Shown in pieces: positions 45,298 through 50,988 of a stretch of DNA of 50,988 bases (positions are counted from its first letter, which is position 1; the number at the start of each line of letters is the position of its first letter). Location of the stretch: the IMG/VR virus record IMGVR_UViG_3300037261_000025, positions 1 to 50,988 of that record; one strand, given 5' to 3'. Source of the DNA: a virus. Taxonomy: Duplodnaviria; Caudoviricetes. The notes under the pieces are model-generated. The model saw only the letters and a program-made list of their open reading frames with translations, searched no databases and was not told the origin of the DNA. The position numbers were made by a program, and so were the translations under genes.

Positions 45298-45612
45298 TTA
45301 CAGAGTGGCTACTAAGCCGCCCCATGCATATCCTTTTTCGCACATTTCCATCAATTTCTGAAGGCTTATAGACTTGTCAGCAATCATTTCATGAGTGCCT
45401 TCAAAGTCGATTCCTTGTCCACCAGCAGCGTCAAATGCAGAAGTCAGGCATTCCTGAGCGGCGCGAAGATAGGCGGCTTTTGCTGCGGCTTCAAACAGGC
45501 TGTAGACAAATTTTTCTTCGCGATTTCCAAGCAGGGTTTTTGCTGGCTTTGCAGGCATTAGAGCGGCGATGCTGGCGGCAGCTTGAATCATGGCATCTTG
45601 AGTGGTAGACAT
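45298..45612 (-). CDS. Hypothetical protein (TIR-element cargo)
   Basis: AAGGA RBS. Confidence 0.72.
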   Translation of the reverse strand: MSTTQDAMIQAAASIAALMPAKPAKTLLGNREEKFVYSLFEAAAKAAYLRAAQECLTSAFDAAGGQGIDFEGTHEMIADKSISLQKLMEMCEKGYAWGGLVATL

Positions 45613-45674
45613 TTTGATTTCCTTAGCCCCTGTACCCGAGGCGCGGTGGTCAGCGATTTTGCTGGCCTGAATGA

Positions 45675-45708
45675 ATTATATATCGAAATACGAGCATTGC
45701 GCGTATTT
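45675..45708 (-). promoter_or_regulatory. -10 box and palindromic operator
   Basis: TATAAT on the minus strand at 45675-45680; aaatacgagcattgcgcgtattt 45686-45708 is a one-mismatch palindrome. Confidence 0.6.
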
Positions 45709-45738
45709 GTGAAAAATAAAAACACACCAAAATCCGGA

Positions 45739-46197
45739 TCACCCAATTTCCCCAGTTTCTGGGTCTGTTACCCACTGCGCGGATTCCCGAAGCTCCACGC
45801 CGTTTTGCGCTGCCCACGCCATCACGTATTCAACCAGGCTTGAAAGACGCGCCTTGCTCATCCTGGCCGTACTCTCGCGAATGTTTACCGCCTCATTCTC
45901 AAGGCCAGGCACAAACTCTGCGCCCTCTCGCGTAGCCACGGAATGGGCCGAAACGAACAAAACTTTCCATTCCGTGGCGCTGCGCTTCTTACCCATCCAT
46001 TCGGCCTGTGCGGCCACGTCGGCAAAAAGCGCGTGCAGCAGCCGGTTTTGCGCGCTGGATCGCGTCTCCTTGCGGATTTCGAGTGTCAGGCGGTTCCGGG
46101 CCATGAGCATGGATTTCGCCCACTCCCACGCGAGCTTGATGACTTGCCAAGCCTGCACCGGCTCCCACAAACGGGCAGTGAACTTTTCTTCGGTCAC
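45739..46197 (-). CDS. ninB: NinB-family recombination protein
   Basis: RS..QN.LLHA...DVA.Q..W.G......WK..F...PGL.G..V....ST..MS. Confidence 0.88.
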   Translation of the reverse strand: MTEEKFTARLWEPVQAWQVIKLAWEWAKSMLMARNRLTLEIRKETRSSAQNRLLHALFADVAAQAEWMGKKRSATEWKVLFVSAHSVATREGAEFVPGLENEAVNIRESTARMSKARLSSLVEYVMAWAAQNGVELRESAQWVTDPETGEIG

Positions 46198-46484
46198 GGT
46201 ATACCCCTCAGCACTTTCAGCGACCGCAGCGCCGCATCAACTGAATCGACCATCGCCACGGGCAATCCCTTTGCTTCTTCGGCCTGCTTCGCGTTCATGC
46301 CTTTTCGGCCATAGCCTGTTTTCGCATTTTTTACCTCAAAATACATACACACCTCCGATTCGTTTGTTGCCCATACTTGCAGGTCATAGGGCTGGTGAAC
46401 CACCTTTACCCGTGCGCCAGCCTTTCGGAGTGCTTCAACGATGGTTTTTTGGTTTCCGTCAACCCTGCGGGCGTATCGTGTCAT
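46194..46484 (-). CDS. PD-(D/E)xK nuclease (VRR-NUC or resolvase-like)
   Basis: RVD.NQ..IV.ALR..GA.V...DL....EVK. Confidence 0.75.
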   Translation of the reverse strand: MTRYARRVDGNQKTIVEALRKAGARVKVVHQPYDLQVWATNESEVCMYFEVKNAKTGYGRKGMNAKQAEEAKGLPVAMVDSVDAALRSLKVLRGIP

Positions 46485-46499
46485 TTTTATTTTTCCATT

Positions 46500-46556
46500 C
46501 GCTCTATAACGTCTCCACAGACAAGTTATAGAGCGGTTGCGGTTTATATTGCGTTA
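46500..46556 (+). other. attI-like cassette receptor site 2
   Basis: cgctctataac-N14-gttatagagcg then GTTGCG...attgcG|TT; homologous to 12089-12142. Confidence 0.65.
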
Positions 46557-46976
46557 TGTGCGTTCCCACAGAATCGAGTTCCGTCCAAGCTGCACGGCCT
46601 TGGCGCATTGCACCTCGTCAAACTCGCCTATATGGGCTTCTCCCTTCCCGAGATTCATCAATACCGCGAGGTGTGAATACACCTCGTGTCTGCGTAGTCG
46701 GCCTTCGCGCCAGTAAGGGTCAATGGCCGCGTGTGCCGCTTGCTTCGCCGTTCTCAGTTGCGCGTTTGCCAGCCTACCGAGTGGTCTGGTGCCGTCGCCG
46801 TAGCCGTTGCCTGCTTTGTGGCATCCAACGTAAGCACCACATGGCACACAGCGCCAAAACCTCAAGGCTTCAAGGTCTGGGCGGTGCGGGTAAATGTCTG
46901 CGCCCGTTGCCAGTACCGCAGGCGTTCCGCAGTAGTGGCACATAACAGGTCGCTCAATCTGATTCACTTCGTTCAC
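46554..46976 (-). CDS. Cassette C cargo: zinc-finger protein (DUF3268-like)
   Basis: C.YCG...IYPHR.DL...C..C.AYVGCH...PLG.LAN..LR..K..AH...DP.W...HIG.FD...C. Confidence 0.8.
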   Translation of the reverse strand: MNEVNQIERPVMCHYCGTPAVLATGADIYPHRPDLEALRFWRCVPCGAYVGCHKAGNGYGDGTRPLGRLANAQLRTAKQAAHAAIDPYWREGRLRRHEVYSHLAVLMNLGKGEAHIGEFDEVQCAKAVQLGRNSILWERT

Positions 46977-46991
46977 AGCTTATCTCCAGCG
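46554..46991 (+). mobile_element. Gene cassette C (438 bp), gene inverted relative to attC
   Basis: GTTATGTGC 46553-46561 complementary to GCACATAAC 46938-46946. Confidence 0.75.
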
Positions 46992-46997
46992 TTAGAT
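46940..46997 (+). other. attC-3 (58 bp, partly degenerate)
   Basis: ACATAAC-aggtc-GCTCAATC-tgattcacttcgttcaca-GCTTATC-tccagc-GTTAGAT; two L-box mismatches. Confidence 0.7.
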
Positions 46998-47007
46998 CGC
47001 ATAATCT

Positions 47008-47346
47008 TCATGCCAAAATACAAATTCCCGCCAGCAGCACAATGCACACAGCGAAAGTCCCGATAGTCCAAGCTGAGTCTTTCCAGTGCCATGCTGTGTC
47101 CTCGTCCAACTCGTCATCCATCGTGATAGGCATCGGTGATTCGTCGCGGGTTGTAAGGTTTTGCTCCAGCTTCCAATGCTTTGATAGCTCTACACAAAGT
47201 TTCTGGCCAATCGGAGTTAGCGTATGCATCATGGGTGGCCTTGGCGCTTGCGTGCTGGATGCGTACTCTTCATCCGCGCAGCAGGTGCAGTCGCGGCCTT
47301 GCCGACAATTTCCTAGACATGGGCTATTAAACATGGGTTCTTCCAA
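47008..47346 (-). CDS. Hypothetical protein with C-terminal TM
   Basis: C.GNC.QGR.C; C-terminal hydrophobic helix; start uncertain. Confidence 0.6.
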   Translation of the reverse strand: MEEPMFNSPCLGNCRQGRDCTCCADEEYASSTQAPRPPMMHTLTPIGQKLCVELSKHWKLEQNLTTRDESPMPITMDDELDEDTAWHWKDSAWTIGTFAVCIVLLAGICILA

Positions 47347-47399
47347 TGGTTGGCGCGCAGCAGCGGGGTCTAGGGTGCTGCGCGTTGGTCCCGAAAAAA

Positions 47400-49118
47400 T
47401 TAGGCGGCCTGTTTGATCTGGATAGCCTGGATATGAGACACGAGGCGCATGCAGATCATCGGGAAGTCGCTCTCTCGAAAGAGCTTCGCGTTGCGCTCAG
47501 TGGTCGCATCGAATCCCAGGTTCGATAGGAATTCGGCGGAAAGCGAAAAGCCAAGGCGCTCTGCGATCTGTCCTAGTTTCAGAGTCGGAGCGGATTGCGT
47601 CATCGCTTTTGCAACCGGTGTCGGCATGATTGCAACCACTTCGGCGAACGTCACAGCGCTGGCTACAGACTGCGCTGGCGCTGGTGTCGGTACTACCACG
47701 GCTTGGGCCGCTGTAATCGCATCCTGGACCTTCTTTTCGGCATCGGCCCGCGCCGCCGTCTCACGCTCGATCTTCGCAAGCTCTTCGGCACGGATCGCGG
47801 CGCGCTGGGCTTCTTCTTTGCGCTGCACCTCGGCCTGGTGCTCGGCGATGCGCGACTTCACCAGCATGTTCAGGTCATCAGGTGCCTTCTGCACGATCGT
47901 TCCGGTATCGGCGAACAAGAACGCGTGATCCTTCGCCAGCTCACGCAGCGTGCCGAGATTGATCTGGATTTTGTCGGCCACGGCATTGGCTTCGATCTTG
48001 CAGCGCGCCAGCTCAGTGGCCACTTTGTCGCGCATGCTGTCGATACTTTTCAAGCCCTTGACCACGGTCTGAAACTCGGTCTGAATAGTAGGCAAGTATG
48101 GTTTTCCAAGGCGCTCGTTCAGGCCGCGCATGTGCGTGATAAATTCCGCTGAAGCGTCTCCGATGATCTTGGTGCGGCGGTTTTCCTTTTCCACCTTGAC
48201 GAGCTTTTCCACCAGCAGCCGGTTGGTGCGCGCCGTCTCGCGGTACAGGCCCACGGTGCGGCGCATGCTGTCGATACTCTCGGTCTGAGCCAGAGCGCCG
48301 TTCTCGGCTGCGTCCAGCGCTTCCTCGGCGGTCTTGAGCGTCTTCACCGTTGCTTCGAGGTCCGCGAAGTCTTGATCGGTTTCTGGCGTCTTGTTGATTC
48401 GGTTGACGTAGGCCGTCAGTGCCGTGCCGAAGGCTTCTAGGTTGTCCACAAGAGCGATAGAACCGTTGACTTGTATCGAGACGGAAGGCAGCGACATTTG
48501 CGGCTTGGAGACTGGAGCCAGAACGACTTCGGCGGGAATGTAGGCGGCTAGGTCTTTGGCGAATTGATGCCAGCCTGCAATCAGCGCATCGCGGCGTTCT
48601 GGTCGAGACTGATACCAGACACCACGGGTGTTTTCTTCGGTGCCGTCCGATGTGGTGAAGTACGCCTCAGATCCACCGCACACTAGTATCTGTTGTTCAA
48701 GTTGCCAATAGTAATGCGGCTCAAGTTCGCCAGAATTTATGGCCTCGACAAGCAATGCGTTCCATAGCTTATTTTCCCACGGCCTGGATTCGTCCATCGT
48801 CAGGCCGTCAAAGCTCGCCAGAAGCGGCAGTCCATTGATGTTCAATGTTCCTGTGCATGGATATAGTTCTTCGCCGAAATATTTTTCGACGATTGGACGG
48901 GCGGCAGCTTCGGCGGCGTGGCCAGCGTAGAACAAGCGCTGTTTCGCTGGGTCGATTTCCGCATCAACGATACGCTCTGCCTTTGCTTTCAGCAGGGCGG
49001 ACCGTGTTTGATATTTACTCACTCCCATCATGGCCGGTGCTTCGCTGGCCGTGAAGTGGTCTGCGCGGATTGCCATCCACTTGGCGCTTCCTTGATGTAC
49101 GTTGCTCAATGTTTCCAT
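47400..49118 (-). CDS. YqaJ-like (lambda Exo family) exonuclease with long coiled-coil extension
   Basis: QGS..W..IR...TASEA..MMG.S.Y, GH..E, ASFDG, WENK, YYWQ..QQ. Confidence 0.88.
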   Translation of the reverse strand: METLSNVHQGSAKWMAIRADHFTASEAPAMMGVSKYQTRSALLKAKAERIVDAEIDPAKQRLFYAGHAAEAAARPIVEKYFGEELYPCTGTLNINGLPLLASFDGLTMDESRPWENKLWNALLVEAINSGELEPHYYWQLEQQILVCGGSEAYFTTSDGTEENTRGVWYQSRPERRDALIAGWHQFAKDLAAYIPAEVVLAPVSKPQMSLPSVSIQVNGSIALVDNLEAFGTALTAYVNRINKTPETDQDFADLEATVKTLKTAEEALDAAENGALAQTESIDSMRRTVGLYRETARTNRLLVEKLVKVEKENRRTKIIGDASAEFITHMRGLNERLGKPYLPTIQTEFQTVVKGLKSIDSMRDKVATELARCKIEANAVADKIQINLGTLRELAKDHAFLFADTGTIVQKAPDDLNMLVKSRIAEHQAEVQRKEEAQRAAIRAEELAKIERETAARADAEKKVQDAITAAQAVVVPTPAPAQSVASAVTFAEVVAIMPTPVAKAMTQSAPTLKLGQIAERLGFSLSAEFLSNLGFDATTERNAKLFRESDFPMICMRLVSHIQAIQIKQAA

Positions 49119-49120
49119 TT

Positions 49121-49876
49121 TCAAGACTCCATATCGATTGTTGATTCACTGGCCCGAACCATGGCGATCTGTTCTTCGCTCATGATGGCTTTGCTTGACA
49201 CCATGGCGATGATCTGTTCAGCACTCTTTCGTCCTGAATTGATCAGTCCGCGCCAGATGCAGAGATTCTTTTGGAACGCTTCATCGGAGTAGTTTGGAAG
49301 TGCTGCCGTCGCTGCGAGCTTCGCGATGATCTCGCCGGTCGATGGGTCGATGGTCTTTGACGGCGCGGTATTCTCAATAATCCGCTCGGCTTCGTCAACG
49401 TCATAGATTCCGCCAAAACCAAACGCGATACGAGCGCACTGAATCATTGCTTTGTGGCGCAGCATTCGGTATGGGTGACTATCCCAAGGCTTCACTCCTG
49501 GTCGCCTGCATTCGGCCATCCACTCCGTTAGCTTTGTCGGGTGAGTACGGTCTTTACGGTAGATCGTGCAGGTGCATGAATCGGCGGTTTGCTCAAAATC
49601 CATTCCATCAAATTGAGGGTTTGTGTTAATGATTCGACTCCATCCGTCAACTCCAACAACCGGGACGATGCCGCCTTTGTCCGGAAACGCATAAATTTCC
49701 TTGGTCCAAGGGTTCAGCTTGTATTGCCCGGCGACGATTAGCAGTGCGGACAACTGAGCGTCTGTCACATCTCCCTTGAAGGCAGTTGACTTGAGTACCT
49801 GATAAAGCTCTTCGCTCTTTGGAAGATCAAAACGAGTAGCAAGCTCGTTGATCTGTGTGGTGATTAGATTGCTCAT
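49121..49876 (-). CDS. bet: Red-beta (Bet) single-strand annealing protein
   Basis: QY.LNPWTKEIYAFPDKGGIVPVVGVDGW.RIIN, HP.RMLRHKA.IQCAR.AFGF.GIYD.DEAERI. Confidence 0.92.
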   Translation of the reverse strand: MSNLITTQINELATRFDLPKSEELYQVLKSTAFKGDVTDAQLSALLIVAGQYKLNPWTKEIYAFPDKGGIVPVVGVDGWSRIINTNPQFDGMDFEQTADSCTCTIYRKDRTHPTKLTEWMAECRRPGVKPWDSHPYRMLRHKAMIQCARIAFGFGGIYDVDEAERIIENTAPSKTIDPSTGEIIAKLAATAALPNYSDEAFQKNLCIWRGLINSGRKSAEQIIAMVSSKAIMSEEQIAMVRASESTIDMES

Positions 49877-50014
49877 AATTTCCTCGTTGGTTAAAGTGTT
49901 CTTGCTAGTGTTTCCACCAACACTTTGAGAATAGGTTTCAGGAGAAGAGTTCGTCCTGATTCGTATGGATGGTTGAGAATCAAACAGCCAATATTTGAAG
50001 TATCAACCATGATT

Positions 50015-50242
50015 TCAGTGCAAAGTTCGTAAGTGAGTAATCGCTATCGACGGACTGCGCATAGATTCGACAAACTCACCATCAAAATAAATGTCAAAAA
50101 CCCCTTGACACAGCGCCATGCGGGTTTGCGCAGAAGTTAGTGCCCACTCTCGCTCTACACCGCATAGATATTGGCTAGAATTTCCACCAAGTTCAGCAAT
50201 TGTTTCTGCAACCCAATGGTGAAAATAGGTAGGATTCTTCAT
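50015..50242 (-). CDS. Hypothetical protein
   Basis: ATGA overlap. Confidence 0.6.
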   Translation of the reverse strand: MKNPTYFHHWVAETIAELGGNSSQYLCGVEREWALTSAQTRMALCQGVFDIYFDGEFVESMRSPSIAITHLRTLH

Positions 50243-50490
50243 TTCGCGCTCACCGTCGCTACGGCTCCGAGCCCGGTGTGCATCTGGCATGAGATCGTCT
50301 GATCGTCCAGCCACTTCGCATACGCACCAGGTCCGCAGATTTCCTGTGCCGCCATCTGCTTGCGGCGCTCGGACATTTGCTGGCGCTGTGCATCGCCGGT
50401 GAAGTCAACATTGTCATCCAGGTGGAACGACAGGCCGAGTATCAGCGCCAGAAGTGCGGCGGCGAGCCAGTTGAATTTTGTTTGGTTCAT
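50239..50490 (-). CDS. Small membrane-anchored protein
   Basis: N-terminal TM; CGP.A...W; ATGA overlaps. Confidence 0.7.
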   Translation of the reverse strand: MNQTKFNWLAAALLALILGLSFHLDDNVDFTGDAQRQQMSERRKQMAAQEICGPGAYAKWLDDQTISCQMHTGLGAVATVSAK

Positions 50491-50714
50491 GCGAACACTC
50501 CCACAAGCGGCCCAGGCATGCCATGGTCACGACCGCCGAACTTCGCATCGACGTAGCTATACCAGATCGCGCCGTTTTTATCGACCTCTGCCTGCAGTTT
50601 ATGCAACTCGCGCAGCTCGTCACGTCCAGCACGATAGACAGTGTTGTCGTCGCTGAACTCGAATTTCCAGTCCATGCTCTCAAGTGCTTTTTGATATTGC
50701 TCTCGTGTAGTCAT
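50487..50714 (-). CDS. Hypothetical protein
   Basis: GGAG RBS; L...DW.FEFSDD..VY..G. Confidence 0.7.
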   Translation of the reverse strand: MTTREQYQKALESMDWKFEFSDDNTVYRAGRDELRELHKLQAEVDKNGAIWYSYVDAKFGGRDHGMPGPLVGVFA

Positions 50715-50716
50715 GT

Positions 50717-50988
50717 TTACTCCGAAATCAAGTCGCTGATGGCGATTACTGAAGAGCGTTCTTCGTCTGTTATTTCGCAATCATCAATGTCGCCGCGCAC
50801 GCCGGTCAGGTCGCCGCGCACGCCGGTCAGGTCGCCGCGCACGCCGGTCAGGTCGCCGCTCACGCCGGTCAGGTTGCCGCTCACGTTGCTCAGGTCGCCG
50901 CGCACGCCGGTCAGGTCGCCGCGCACGCCGGTCAGGTCGCCGCTCACGCCGGTCAGGTTGCCGCTCACGTTGCTCAGGTCGCCGCGCA
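50717..50988 (-). CDS. Heptapeptide-repeat protein, 3' part (joins 240..1)
   Basis: GDLTGVR/GNLTGVS repeats, then DDCEITDEERSSVIAISDLISE*. Confidence 0.85.
   Translation of the reverse strand, partial: RGDLSNVSGNLTGVSGDLTGVRGDLTGVRGDLSNVSGNLTGVSGDLTGVRGDLTGVRGDLTGVRGDIDDCEITDEERSSVIAISDLISE
50789..50988 (-). repeat. 21-nt coding tandem repeat (continuation of 1-171)
   Basis: Same unit as at the window start. Confidence 0.95.

Larger units (their letters stand above)
45032..45743. mobile_element. 712-bp non-autonomous TIR element with an 8-bp target duplication
   Basis: Inverted repeats 45036-45055 / 45720-45739 (19/20 match); caatttcc at 45024-45031 and 45744-45751. Confidence 0.75.
1..50988. 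mobile_element. Complete or near-complete tailed bacteriophage genome (P22-like podovirus morphogenesis module), circular or circularly permuted
   Basis: Terminase, portal, scaffold, capsid, gp4/gp10-like tail, ejection, lysis, replication and recombination genes with no host housekeeping genes; the ends join in frame within one repeat gene (gccgcgca at 1-8 and 50981-50988). Confidence 0.93.

Noticed and set aside
47353-47384. Hairpin cgcgcagca/tgctgcgcg as another attC
   Set aside because: No AAC/GTT core boxes at the right spacing; probably an ordinary intergenic hairpin
49891-50010. 39-aa ORF MVDTSNIG... upstream of bet
   Set aside because: Short, weak RBS and no motif; cannot be supported from sequence alone
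1-50988. tRNA, rRNA or integron integrase genes
   Set aside because: No cloverleaf or rRNA-like segment noticed and no ORF with tyrosine-recombinase R-H-R-Y motifs; checked by eye only, so tRNAscan and HMM searches should confirm

Overview
An apparently complete ~51 kb tailed-phage genome with a P22-like short-tail virion module and a diderm host (Rz/Rz1 spanins). It is linearised inside a tandem-repeat gene: both ends carry the same 21-nt repeat and share 8 nt. A rightward early arm (409-12820) encodes repeat proteins, a SNF2 helicase-DNA methyltransferase fusion, a ParB-like protein, an SF2 helicase with two inteins, a GIY-YIG endonuclease and a primase. A long leftward arm runs from Bet/YqaJ recombination and nin-like genes through terminase, portal, capsid, modification enzymes, tail and ejection proteins to lysis. 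I recognised no integrase, CI repressor or DNA polymerase. Main discovery candidate: an integrase-less, integron-like cassette system at two loci (11222-12142 and 46500-46997). It has three attC-type sites, two homologous attI-like sites and three cassettes whose genes are all inverted relative to attC and co-oriented with phage transcription; one cargo resembles Acb2/Tad1 anti-defence sponges. Also notable: an intein whose endonuclease is overprinted in the +1 frame; a 712-bp transposase-less TIR element with an 8-bp target duplication whose removal restores ninB gene coupling; and candidate structured RNAs. All family assignments come from reading motifs by eye; no searches were run.
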